This document shows positions 12,284 to 24,749 of a stretch of DNA of 40,155 nucleotides, in pieces. Made by a program: the position numbers and the translations under genes. Location: NCBI GenBank assembly GCA_965644295.1, contig CBFFRP010000320.1:1-40155 (forward strand), written 5' to 3'. The notes below the pieces were generated by a model. It made no database searches. It was not told where the DNA came from and worked only from the letters and a program-made list of their open reading frames with translations. The stretch's first letter is position 1, and each line of letters starts with the position of its first letter. This DNA is from Paraphysomonas bandaiensis. Its lineage: Eukaryota; Protista; Chrysophyceae.

Positions 12284-15200
12284 TTATGACCCCTCACAAA
12301 ATGTCACTCGTTTCGTTCTATCAATGTTGACACTTCTTGAACTGATATCATTACTACTACGGCAAACAAATGCATTAGATTTACGCTGGATGGACGATGC
12401 TTCTTTACTTTCAAAACATGGAGATTCGAATGTTGATAGTCGTTTCTTTTGCTTTCTTAAAACTGAAGCGCGATGCAGGCTACCGGAAGTGGGGCTTATA
12501 TGAGAAATTCGGCGCTGAATTCGAAAATTCCTTATTTTGTTTTCCAACAATATATTCATGCGTTTAAGGCACTCCAACTGAAACATTGTGAATGCCGTGT
12601 CCGTCTCAACAAGATCACATATTCTGTAGTCATTGTCAACAATCGTCATGATGTCTGTCTTTGATATTATTCTATCATAGCTGGACAACGACAACACAAG
12701 AGTGTCATGTTTCATCAGTAAGTCCTTCGCCTCTGCCCTTGTCTTGATCACTTCTTCGACAGGGGCCATAATATCGTGTTTGTTTTTCACAAGTACTAAT
12801 TCTTCGAGGGATACGCGTGAATCTACACCATCCGTGAAATCCAAAGGTTGTGAGCATGTAGTTTCCTTCACGCATGGATACGTAGATCTACTGACACATT
12901 CAACATCATCCACACATATATCACTTAATTGTAGTGACTGACATTTCACAGTGTTATTAATACACTGTCGCTTAGTAGTGTAACACCGTATACACTTTCT
13001 GACAGAATAGAGACAACATACCATGCAGCATATACATAATATTGCAATTGTGGCAATTGCAACAGCTCGTCCACCGAAAACAGAATTGATTGTCGTTAAT
13101 GTGTGCACATGGAAAGCATTTATGCTGGTGTCTACTTTACTATCCATGGATGGACGAGAAGTCGGATAATTAATTGAGCGTAGGGATGTTGGCGATTCAG
13201 ATGTCGGGCGGGTGTAAGGGTGCGATGTAGGCAACTGCGAATACAAGGAAGGCTCACTGCTTTTATATATCGTTGGGCATAATGACCTAGAAATCCTGGG
13301 CGTTCCATGTCCTTCACTAGAAGGGTACTGTGTAGGTACGTAGGAGGCTTTCTCAGTGACTGAAATCTGACTCACAAGAGTAGGAACATATGAAGGGAAG
13401 ATATTGAAAAAAACGGTCGGATAAGTACTTGGATACACCGTTGGATTCATCGAAGGCGATGTAGAGGGATTCAACGTCGGAAAAGAAGATGATAGATAAG
13501 AAGTTGGGTTAGTTGTTGGATACAAAGATGGAGATACAGTCGGCTGCACAGACGGATCTGCACTTGGATACACCGTTGGATTCATCGAAGGCGATGTAGA
13601 GGGATTTAACGTCGGAAAAGAAGATGATGGATAAGAAGTTGGGTTAGTTGTTGGATACAAAGATGGAGGTACAGTCGGCTGCATAGACGGATCTGCACTT
13701 GGATACACCGTTGGATTCATCGAAGGCGATGTAGAGGGATTCAATGTCGGAAAAGAAGATGATGGATAAGAAGTTGGGTTAGTTGTTGGATACAAAGATG
13801 GAGATACAGTCGGCTGTATAGACGGATCTGCACTTGGATACACCGTTGGATTCATCGAAGGCGATGTAGAGGGATTTAACGTCGGAAAAGAAGATGATGG
13901 ATAAGAAGTTGGGTTAGTTGTTGGATACATGGAAGGAAGTACAGTCGGCTGCACAGACGGATCTGCACTTGGATACACCGTTGGACTCATCGAAGGCGAT
14001 GCAGAGGGATTTAACGTCGGAAAAGAAGATGACGGATAAGAAGTTGGGTTAGTTGTTGGATACAAAGATGGAGATACAGTCGGCTGTATAGACGGATCTG
14101 CACTTGGATACACCGTTGGATTCATCGAAGGCGATGTAGAGGGATTTAACGTCGGAAAAGAAGATGATGGATAAGAAGTTGGGTTAGTTGTTGGATACAA
14201 AGATGGAGGTACAGTCGGCTGCATAGACGGATCTGCACTTGGATACACCGTTGGATTCATCGAAGGCGATGTAGAGGGATTTAACGTCGGAAAAGAAGAT
14301 GATGGATAAGAAGTTGGGTTAGTTGTTGGATACATGGAAGGAAGTACAGTCGGCTGCACAGACGGATCTGCACTTGGATACACCGTTGGACTCATCGAAG
14401 GCGATGCAGAGGGATTTAACGTCGGAAAAGAAGATGACGGATAAGAAGTTGGGTTAGTTGTTGGATACAAAGATGGAGATACAGTCGGCTGTATAGACGG
14501 ATCTGCACTTGGATACACCGTTGGATTCATCGAAGGCGATGTAGAGGGATTTAACGTCGGAAAAGAAGATGATGGATAAGAAGTTGGGTTAGTTGTTGGA
14601 TACATGGAAGGAAGTACAGTCGGCTGCACAGACGGATCTGCACTTGGATACACCGTTGGACTCATCGAAGGCGATGCAGAGGGATTTAACGTCGGAAAAG
14701 AAGATGACGGATAAGAAGTTGGGTTAGTTGTTGGATACAAAGATGGAGATACAGTCGGCTGTATAGACGGATCTGCACTTGGATACACCGTTGGATTCAT
14801 CGAAGGCGATGTAGAGGGATTTAACGTCGGAAAAGAAGATGATGGATAAGAAGTTGGGTTAGTTGTTGGATACAAAGATGGAGGTACAGTCGGCTGCATA
14901 GACGGATCTGCACTTGGATACACCGTTGGATTCATCGAAGGCGATGTAGAGGGATTCAATGTCGGAAAAGAAGATGATGGATAAGAAGTTGGGTTAGTTG
15001 TTGGATACAAAGATGGAGATACAGTCGGCTGTATAGACGGATCTGCACTTGGATACACCGTTGGATTCATCGAAGGCGATGTAGAGAGATTTAACGTCGG
15101 AAAAGAAGATGATGGATAAGAAGTTGGGTTAGTTGTTGGATACATGAAAGGAAGTACAGTCGGCTGCACAGACGGATCTGCACTTGGATACACCGTTGGA

Positions 15201-17492
15201 CTCATCGAAGGCGATGCAGAGGGATTTAACGTCGGAAAAGAAGATGACGGATAAGAAGTTGGGTTAGTTGTTGGATACAAAGATGGAGGTACAGTCGGCT
15301 GTATAGACGGATCTGCACTTGGATACACCGTTGGATTCATCGAAGGCGATGTAGAGGGATTTAACGTCGGAAAAGAAGATGATGGATAAGAAGTTGGGTT
15401 AGTTGTTGGATACAAAGATGGAGATACAGTCGGCTGCACAGACGGATCTGCACTTGGATACACCGTTGGATTCATCGAAGGCGATGTAGAGGGATTTAAC
15501 GTCGGAAAAGAAGATGATGGATAAGAAGTTGGGTTAGTTGTTGGATACATGGAAGGAAGTACAGTCGGCTGCACAGACGGATCTGCACTTGGATACACCG
15601 TTGGATTCATCGAAGGCGATGTAGAGGGATTCGACGTCGGAAAAGAAGATGATGGATAAGAAGTTGGGTTAGTTGTTGGATACAAAGATGGAGATACAGT
15701 CGGCTGCACAGACGGATCTGCACTTGGATACACCGTTGGATTCATCGAAGGCGATGTAGAGGGATTCAATGTCGGAGATGAAGATGATGGAGAAGAAGTT
15801 GGGTTAGTTGTTGGATACAAAGATGGAGATACAGTCGGCTGCACAGACGGATCTGCACTTGAATACACCATTGGATTCATGGAAGGCGAGGTAGAGGGAT
15901 TACCTGTATATATCGACGATGACGAGTATGTAGAAAACACAGATGGATAACTACTCGAATACAAAAATGGTACCACAGATTGTTGAGTAAATTGTGGTTT
16001 CATCGAAGGCGAGGTAGAGGGATTCAACGTCGGAAAAGAAGATGATGGATAAGAAGTTGGGTTAGTTGTTGGATACAAAGATGGAGGTACAGTCGGCTGT
16101 ATAGACGGATCTGCACTTGGATACACCGTTGGATTCATCGAAGGCGATGTAGAGGGATTTAACGTCGGAAAAGAAGATGATGGGTAAGAAGTTGGGTTAG
16201 TTGTTGGATACAAAGATGGAGGTACAGTCGGCTGCACAGACTGATCTGCACTTGGATACACCGTTGGATTCATCGAAGGCGATGTAGAGGGATTTAACGT
16301 CGGAAAAGAAGATGATGGATAAGAAGTTGGGTTAGTTGTTGGATACAAAGATGGAGGTACAGTCGGCTGTATAGACGGATCTGCACTTGGATACACCGTT
16401 GGATTCATCGAAGGCGATGTAGAGGGATTTAACGTCGGAAAAGAAGATGATGGATAAGAAGTTGGGTTAGTTGTTTGATACAAAGATGGAGATACAGTCG
16501 GCTGCACAGACGGATCTGCACTTGGATACACCGTTGGATTCATCGAAGGCGAGGTAGAGGGTTTTAACGTCGGAAAAGAAGATGATGGATAAGAAGTTGG
16601 GTTAGTTGTTGGATACAAAGATGGAGGTACAGTCGGCTGCACAGACGGATCTGCACTTGGACACACCGTTGGATTCATCGAAGGCGAGGTAGAGGGATTT
16701 AACGTCGGAAAAGAAGATGATGGGTAAGAAGTTGGGTTAGTTGTTGGATACAAAGATGGAGGTACAGTCGGCTGCACAGACTGATCTGCACTTGGATACA
16801 CCGTTGGATTCATCGAAGGCGATGTAGAGGGATTTAACGTCGGAAAAGAAGATGATGGATAAGAAGTTGGGTTAGTTGTTGGATACAAAGATGGAGGTAC
16901 AGTCGGCTGTATAGACGGATCTGCACTTGGATACACCGTTGGATTCATCGAAGGCGATGTAGAGGGATTTAACGTCGGAAAAGAAGATGATGGATAAGAA
17001 GTTGGGTTAGTTGTTTGATACAAAGATGGAGATACAGTCGGCTGCACAGACGGATCTGCACTTGGATACACCGTTGGATTCATCGAAGGCGAGGTAGAGG
17101 GTTTTAACGTCGGAAAAGAAGATGATGGATAAGAAGTTGGGTTAGTTGTTGGATACAAAGATGGAGGTACAGTCGGCTGCACAGACGGATCTGCACTTGG
17201 ACACACCGTTGGATTCATCGAAGGCGAGGTAGAAGGAATGTGTGTGTAAATCGAAGGGAATGGTGTTGGTTTTATCGATGGCATTGGGTGATAGTGAGGC
17301 TCACGAGTCGGTAAAGACCGTCTGTTCGTTGTTGGCACTCTAGGAGCCACAGTCGGAGCATACGTGGGCACCCCCATCGTCTGACCTACAACACACAACA
17401 TGTGAGGGATAGTCTCGCTCTCTCATAGGGAAGATAATGCTACCTGACAGGACGATAGAGATGGCGCACATCCACAGCACTCTTATGTACAT
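12284..17492 (-). CDS. Mucin-like Pro/Ser/Thr-rich type I membrane protein (exon 1 17492-17444, exon 2 17385-12284)
   Basis: A 58-nt GT..AG intron (17443-17386) adds the signal-peptide-like MYIRVLWMCAISIVLSG in phase. This is followed by ~28 repeats of 45 aa, a TM segment AVAIATIAILCICCMVCCLY and a ~240-aa cytoplasmic tail. Confidence 0.85.
13431..17233. repeat. Coding tandem repeat, 135-bp unit, about 28 copies
   Basis: Unit encodes PSTSPSMNPTVYPSADPSVQPTVSPSLYPTTNPTSYPSSSFPTLN. One degenerate unit at ~15900-16000. Confidence 0.97.
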
Positions 17493-17588
17493 GAGTCGCT
17501 CTCTTTCTTGTCTCTGCTTATGCTCTGCTCTGATTCATGCACAGTGTGCAGTAACGAATAAGTAGATCAGAGTAGATCGACCGGCCGT

Positions 17589-17651
17589 GGACAGTGAGGC
17601 AGATAGACCGGACAGTGAGGCAGATAGACCGGGCAGTGAGGCAGATAGACC
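17589..17651. repeat. 21-bp tandem repeat x3 (GGACAGTGAGGCAGATAGACC)
   Basis: Seen directly, in the divergent intergenic region. Confidence 0.9.
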
Positions 17652-18039
17652 GTGGACAGGTGAGGTGTGTGGTCCCTCTGTCCATGGTCTATCTCCGGCC
17701 CTCCTCATTGGCTGTGTATTCATACCTCTCACTTCTGTCTTCAGTATATTCGCATACTCTCACCACAGACGAAGTGAAGAGAGACCAGAGGCTACTCCTG
17801 CCCGATGGACTACAGCGGGAGTACAGGGGTGTATTTTTTTTTGCGGGTGAGATCTCAGAACTTTACAGCACAATCCGGGATACAGAGCCCCTCCTATAGC
17901 CTTGTATACGGTGTGTATACGCCGTGGATATTTCCTGGACTTGTCTTCGGGCTGCTAGATGTGACTGTATTCTTCACTCTCATGATCATAATCTCCGAAC
18001 TAACAGCGTTAAGATACACAGTAACTTAAGACAATTTAG

Positions 18040-21000
18040 ATGGACAGAAGCGGAGAGTTAAGAAATGCTCACTTTTACTGCCCTATCACTGTGAGTAAGA
18101 GAGCTTTCACCCCTATGTGTAATATCTGTTGTTGTCTGTGCGCAGGATGAGGTGATGGTGGATCCTGTTGTTGACCCAGAGGGAAATTCCTATGAGCGGG
18201 CAGCTATTGAGAACTGGTTAGTTCATAATAATACTTCGCCCATTACTCGTGCTCCTCTGACGGCGTCTCAACTCGTGCCGAATAGATCTCTCAAGAAAGC
18301 TAGTGAGTATTGACTGTGTGTTCCTACACATGTATTCGGATATATCTGTTGAACTATGTTTCAGTTGAAGATGAAATTGCAAATGGTATGGGAGTCAGTG
18401 ATACACCTAGACAAAATGTGAGCACAACAACAGCAGAGTTCAGCCCTGCTACAACTGTTTCTCTCAATGAACCAAACGTGACTATGACAATCGGTAGGTT
18501 TGTTGACTCATTTACACAAATTATCTACATAGCACTTATTCAGTATATATGATGCACAAATGAATTTGGGCACATATGGGTTTATATTGATACTAATAAG
18601 GTTCGTGCAGGCAACTTGTCAGAATGCTCTGAACCAGGCATGTCCACTGTTGATATTCTCGTGTCTGTTCACACACCTGACACTGATGTACGTCAACCAA
18701 TTGACGTTGTATGTGTTGTGGATGTATCTGGATCCATGGGTTCACCAGCATCTACCCAAGGAAGTGAGTCCAGCGGTTTATCGCTACTGGATATCGTCAA
18801 ACATGCCCTTAAAACTATAATCAATACTCTCGGAGAAAAGGATAGGCTCTCATTGGTGTCATACTCTAACACGGCAACTGTCGTATTTGGGCTCACCCCA
18901 ATCACCACTGCAGGTAGAATAGTTTTCATAAATTATGACTATTGTAGACTAGAATTACTATTACAGTGATGTCCTATAAGCAACCTACATTTCTGTTGTG
19001 ACCTTCTGACATATACTTGCGGTTTGTTACAATAGGCAAATCTCGTGCTCTGAAGTTGGTTGATGAATTAAAACCTGATGGGCTGACTAATTTATGGGAT
19101 GGACTTGTGAAGGGTTTAGATATTTTATCCGAGTCTCAAGTGAGCACAACTGTACGACGAAACTCGACTATACTGCTGCTTACGGATGGTACGTCGTCGT
19201 AGATGTGGTGTGTACATGGCGTCCTATTCTTCGATATGTGTGAAGCTTATTGTCGTACACACAGGTGTGCCAAATATTGAGCCCCCTAGAGGTCACATCC
19301 CGATGCTCCGTCGCTACAAAGATAAATATAACGGACTTTTTCCTTGTACCATAAGTACTTTCGGATTTGGTATGATTGTAAATATATATAGTTAGTATTA
19401 TACTTACATTGTCTATATAGGATATAACCTTCAAAGGTAACCGAATGATGACTTGTTCAAAGTATTGAAAATATTATACGATTCTTGTTGATTGATGAAA
19501 ATTCACTCTAACGTCGTGCTTATTAGCGCATTGCTTCGCGATATCGCTTTGGAGGGCGGGGGTATGTACGCATTTATCCCTGATAGCGGATTTGTGGGTA
19601 CCGCCTTTGTCAACGCATTGTCGAATCAGATAGTGGCATTAGGATCACAGACAACTCTGGCATTAGAGTGGCAGAATGGAGCGAGGTATTGATCTCCATC
19701 AATACGTAGCCGTTTTTTATTTGGTGTAGCTGCTCTCCGTCTGTGATATTAACTTGCTTCACAACTTTTTCTTTCTCTGACATCTTCTTTGCCCAGGCTT
19801 CAAAGTAATTCAGATCTTGTAGGAAATCCTTTAGCAACTGTGTCGTCATGGGGGGTGTTATTTGATATTGGCAATCTATACTATGGTCAGCGGAGAGATT
19901 TTGTAGTAAAGTATACTCCACTAGCGTTGTTTACTGTTGCTAATATGGTTATTTATTCAGACTTTCTATTCCCACCCCCAGTGGATTAAATTATACGAAT
20001 TTGGTATATGTCGTAGCCAGTATGAAATACACGCCATTTCAGCAGGCAGAGGGTCATTCTTCTGGTATTGCATCTGGCGAAACTCCGAGACAGGTTTCCT
20101 TCTTCTGCATTGTATATTTTGGGTGATATATGAGTATAGATGCAAATCGATTGCGACATATTTACTCAGTCGGATGACGAGATAAAGTACTTGGATGTTC
20201 AGTCATTTAGACTTCAGTTGGTGGACTGCATTACAAAATGTCTGTCAGATGGCATCGCAAGTGACTCTCCTGCTAGTAGCCAGTTAGCCTGCAGAATGAG
20301 AAATTGGTTGAATGATAACCCTAAATTGAAAGACTCCGACGATTCAACAGTCCGATATCACGACATGGTGACTGGAATTCTAAACGACCTTACGGGACAA
20401 GTGACTGAGGCTGTTTCTCAAGAACGCTACTTTGACAAATGGGGGAAACACTACTTGCCATCTCTTCGTCGCGCACATGAAATTCAACAATGCAATAACT
20501 TCAAGGTGTCAAACACTTATAACTACATTGATGCTGAATACTTGTACTGCATTATACGTCGAATCCGTATGAATATATTTGTTTCACCCTTTTACCTACC
20601 CATATGAAAAAATGTCACACTGTGTTTGCGTATATAAATTCTTCTTTAGGATCCTGGAATTCAATATTACGGCGGGTCACTATTTAGATCTGTACGAGAT
20701 TTTGCAGATGATGTATTCTGTTCTCTTCCACCGCCTACTCCTTCTACTCCTACTGCTACTGCTCCTGCAGCGAAATCTACTTCCCGCTTTAGAAGTTGTG
20801 GAAGTGCATATCAACCTGCTGCATCTACAGGTGTATTCAGTATGCGTTCGTTTCATAACTCATCCACGCCATGTTTTCATGGATCGAATATAGTTCGACT
20901 TGCTAATGGTTCTATAAAGCCAGTTAGAGATATTGTCTGTGGAGATGTCGTCCTCTCCGATTGTGGAAAATGCTCTGCTCCCATCGAGTGTGTGTTGAAA

Positions 21001-21507
21001 ACTAGCAGTCGAAGTGGGTACATGGACTTAGTGGTGTTTAATAGTGGACTGATGATTACCCCGTGGCATCCAATACTAAGCGATGGCAAATGGTCATTTC
21101 CTATTGATGTCAATCCGAATGTGCAAAGTGTGAGATGCGATGCTGTGTATAGCTTCCTCTTAGGCGCAGCTACTGTCGTAGATAACCGCTGTACCACTGG
21201 GTCCGAGAGTAGCCGTGGGCCATCCATAAGAATTAACGGAATAGAGTGCCTCTGTTTTGCCCACGGAATTATTGGCGACAAAGTGGCCTCCCACCCGTTC
21301 TATGGTACTGAAAGAGTGGTGGAAGAGCTCAGCACTCTACCCGGTTATACTTCTGGATTGGTCGAGCTTCGTGAAGGGTCAGTTATGAAGGATCCAGTGA
21401 CTGGACTAGCATGTGGTTTCAAGCCAGTTGATGCACGACTACAGATTATCGAAGCCAAAGAAAAATATTTGAAAACTGAGACTCAGAAATGTGTCGAAGT
21501 GCGTTAA
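18040..21507 (+). CDS. U-box + von Willebrand A + Vwaint + Vint (Hint) domain protein, multi-exon
   Basis: Exons 18040-18090 and 18146-18302 give the U-box FYCPIT|DEVMVDPVVDPEGNSYERAAIENWL..TSPITRAPL..LVPNRSLK. vWA MIDAS motifs DVSGSM, TNLWDGL, LLTDG. Vwaint WGKHYLPSLRRAH..CNNFK|DPGIQYYGG. Hint CFHG..VRLANG, ITPWHPI, SHPFYG. Stop TAA at 21505-21507. Confidence 0.92.
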
Positions 21508-22579
21508 AATGGGAATGATATACATACGGTCGACCGTAGATAGTTTGAAGATGTGTTAGTCGATATCGTCGCATGACGAAATCTACCCTGTTACTTTATT
21601 ACTGTATACGATAGGGATTTATTCGCGTGAATAGCATTAATAACTGAATCTAATTAATGATGAACACTTGTCTTACATTTAAAGTATCTGTCACACCGGT
21701 GAGATGACATAGTGTGACTTTTTGGCCTTTCACTATGAACCAGTACATTTAATAACTCACTTGAAATAAAGTTAGAGTGCCAGGAAAGTGTGTGATACAT
21801 CCTGAGCTCTAGATTTATTGAAAAGCTGGCTGTGTTTTTGGGATTCTTAAATTTCTACTTCACACAGAGTGGACCACACTGTGGATATGTACTACATACT
21901 GCCCTACCCCATATTCGCACTATGATTGCAGACAAGGAAGTAAACAGTAAATAATAATATTCTGAATAAAATATGTGGTAGAGCTATTGGGAAGAGCTAA
22001 GAAGCTAAGAAGTACTTAACAACAGAAACGCAATCTTGTTATCAATATATAGCAATAACTAAAATTAGCATTGTTCACCGCTTTGACAAATTCAGACAAA
22101 CAATACTATTGCAATATATAATCTAATGAAACAAAGAATTCTTCCTTGAGATTTATTTACAATGAGCATCTTAGAACAATCATCGTTCAGGTGACAGACA
22201 CCCTTCTCGACGACCTTAATCAATACAAAGTCAGGGGGTCGTACAGAAACAACAACGGGCCTAATGTGAAAAGCTTATGCATTTCGCGGTGGGTATAGTA
22301 AACGGGGTTACACTGGCAGAAGGTTGACCCATACTGCCTCTATTGGAAAGGGGATCACATAAATAACTTGAAGGCGTTAGAAACTTATTGATTGGCTACA
22401 GATGCTCTGCAGTGATCCAGATTAACACATGTTTCAGTGGAAAGGTATGATTGCAATCAATCCATCCATGATTCCGTGCAATAATAATAATAATATGGAT
22501 GATACATGGTACATACATACACTATCCATGTACAGCAGTACGTGTAGATAGTACGAGTATCATCATCTGACTGAAGGAC

Positions 22580-22585
22580 AAAAAA
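22580..22585 (-). terminator. RNA polymerase III oligo-T terminator of the SRP RNA gene
   Basis: T6 on the minus strand directly after the closing strand of helix 5. Confidence 0.75.
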
Positions 22586-22851
22586 GTGAAGTCGAACTGC
22601 GAGAGCTCCTCATATCCCGTACAGATGAATCAGTGCAACGGATCCGCTCGACCTTCCAGAGCGAGACCTTTTCTCTGCTCTGTTGCCAGCCTGAAGCGGT
22701 TCAGTCTTCTGTAACTTGATGGACGACCGGACCTCCGCCCGGTCTCCCACCACGACTCCAGAATTCGAACGGGGCGCACGTCGGTTTCATCGTAAATGTA
22801 CGTTCAGTGAAGAGATCACAGACCTTCCACACCCAATGCAGGTCAAGACCC
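22584..22851 (-). ncRNA. Signal recognition particle RNA (7SL), ~268 nt
   Basis: Helix 8 signature CAGG-CUG-GCAA-CAG-AGCAG (22693-22675). Helix 6 GACCGGGC-GGAG-GUCCGGUC with GGAG tetraloop (22744-22725). Long helix-5 pairings CGUACA/UGUACG, GAUGAA/UUCAUC, CCGUUCGA/UCGAGCGG, UUCUGGAG/CUCUGGAA. Upstream TATA and downstream T6. The 5' end is approximate. Confidence 0.9.
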
Positions 22852-22874
22852 AGAATAATATGTCGAAAATAGTA

Positions 22875-22882
22875 TTTATATA
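22875..22882 (-). promoter_or_regulatory. TATA box (TATATAAA) about 30 nt upstream of the SRP RNA
   Basis: Position fits an external Pol III promoter element. Confidence 0.6.
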
Positions 22883-23123
22883 ACTTTCTTTATTTGCGTG
22901 AGTTCAATCCCGGCTTTTCACTTTCATTTTTTTTTTGTGGTGGTATCTACCTACTCCTTGCTATTCTTGTACAGCACACAGTAGTGTACTGCTGTATACC
23001 GGTATATACTCCCAGCCGTACCCCCCACACACCAATCAACTCCACCTAAACTCGGCAAGCAGGTTCGTTCCTCTCTCTGCATCTTCAGGACACGCACCAT
23101 CTTCTTCTTAATGTAGCAGGAGA

Positions 23124-24494
23124 ATGCGACCGCCCTTGCACCGTTATTCCAAGAAAATAAGCTTTAAAATGAATCCTAGTGATATGTACTCATGGGTTAT
23201 GGACATGGCTCGACGTGACTTATCAGAGAGCAGCTACAATTACAAGCTGTCGTGTGTTCGAGGAATGCCCAGCAACCCAACCTTAGACCCGCAGAAAGTA
23301 GAATATATTATAGATAACTTTGAGACTAGAGATAGCGATGTGTTTGTCTGTACTTATGTGAAGGCAGGAACCACATGGACACAGCAAATCATCCATCAGT
23401 TGCTTAAAAAGGGTGTATCTGAAGGGTCGTACGGTGAATCGGTGCCATGGCTAGAAGCTATATCCTCGGATATATTAGGACCTCGTGAAGCCCCGACATG
23501 GACTATGGATAAAGTTATATCAAATACTAGCGCTAGATACTTTAAAACTCACGCATCTGTTAGAGATCTCCCTAGGGGTGTCGCCAATATCAAAGTGATC
23601 TATGTTGCACGAAACCCGAAAGATACACTGGTTAGCCTCTATCATCACGCCAGAAATAAACCCGAGTTTGAATTTTATGGCGACATTGATACTTTTGTAA
23701 ACCTATTTATTTCTGGTGAAGTGGAGAATGGGTCATGGTTTACACACGTGAAGGAATGGTACAATGCGTACTTAGAAGACCCAGGTAATTTTCACTATAA
23801 CGCTAGTATGGTCAATTCAAGTCAACTACATTATTATGCAGATAATATTCTATTTCTTCAATACGAAAATATGTTTCAGAACCCTACGGGTGCCATTAAG
23901 TCCATCGCTGATTTTGTTGGGATTGAAATCTCCCCAAGGGTATGATACTTGATTTTGTTGTCTTTTGGTACCTGCTTTTAGTACTATCGCTTCGATGAGT
24001 ACCTGTTTCACTGCTCTGTAGTGCTAGTTTTGCATAAAACTAGAGCTCTAAGTTTTTGTCGAATAGGAACTGGATAGCGTTCTTGAGCATTGCTCGATCG
24101 AATCAATGAGGGATAGAACCGATTCGAATATTGGGTTTGGTCATCTGCGGCAAGGTACTCACATGTATATCTCTTGCGCTTAAGTTGCCGTTTATATCTG
24201 GTGTTGGGGATCAATGTCCTTATCGTCGTGCCTTATCAGCGTAATTGCGATTGTGTGCAGGAGGATATGGCCGATGGCGTGAGACACTCACAGTACGTCA
24301 GAGTGAGAGGATTGATGTGGTGCGTATATTTTTGGTGCCTGCTTTGCGTATGGAAGTGTTGACACTTTGTATTTTTGCTACAAGATTCTACTCTATGTGA
24401 TATTTCAACACAGGTTTATCATCACAAAATGAAGGACTCCGGCCTTAAATTTAACTTTGGACCAGATATAAACGGCGTAGACTATATTGCTTAA
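23124..24494 (+). CDS. Cytosolic-type (SULT/aryl) sulfotransferase, multi-exon; start may be 23169
   Basis: DSDVFVCTYVKAGTTW (5'-PSB), RYFKTH, YVARNPKDTLVSLYHH (3'-PB), GSWFTHVKEW, LFLQYENM, HLRQG|GYGRW. In-frame 57-nt intron at 23785-23841. Stop TAA at 24492-24494. Confidence 0.92.
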
Positions 24495-24749
24495 GAATTA
24501 TTGACTTGCTGTGTGTATACACAACAGTTCCTGCTATTTAGATGTGTGCGATTTTTTGTCCTATGTATTACATAGAAATTTGATTAGTGGTTCATTTATT
24601 TTATATTTAAGCTTTTGACCTTCCCTAAAGAATACATATATCTGTTATCTGTAGCCCCTGAGTGAAATTGTGTCAAGTAACCAGTGAAGCTAGTCATTAT
24701 GGAGTGTCCACCACATCTGATAACAATACGGCCAGACAGAGAAAAAATA

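Noticed and set aside
13431-17233. CRISPR-like regular array
   Set aside because: The units are entirely repeated with no unique spacers, and they encode an in-frame mucin stalk.
20872-21507. A true self-splicing intein or a Hedgehog gene
   Set aside because: There is no C-terminal His-Asn plus nucleophile and no Hedge domain. The context is the vWA-Vwaint-Vint family.
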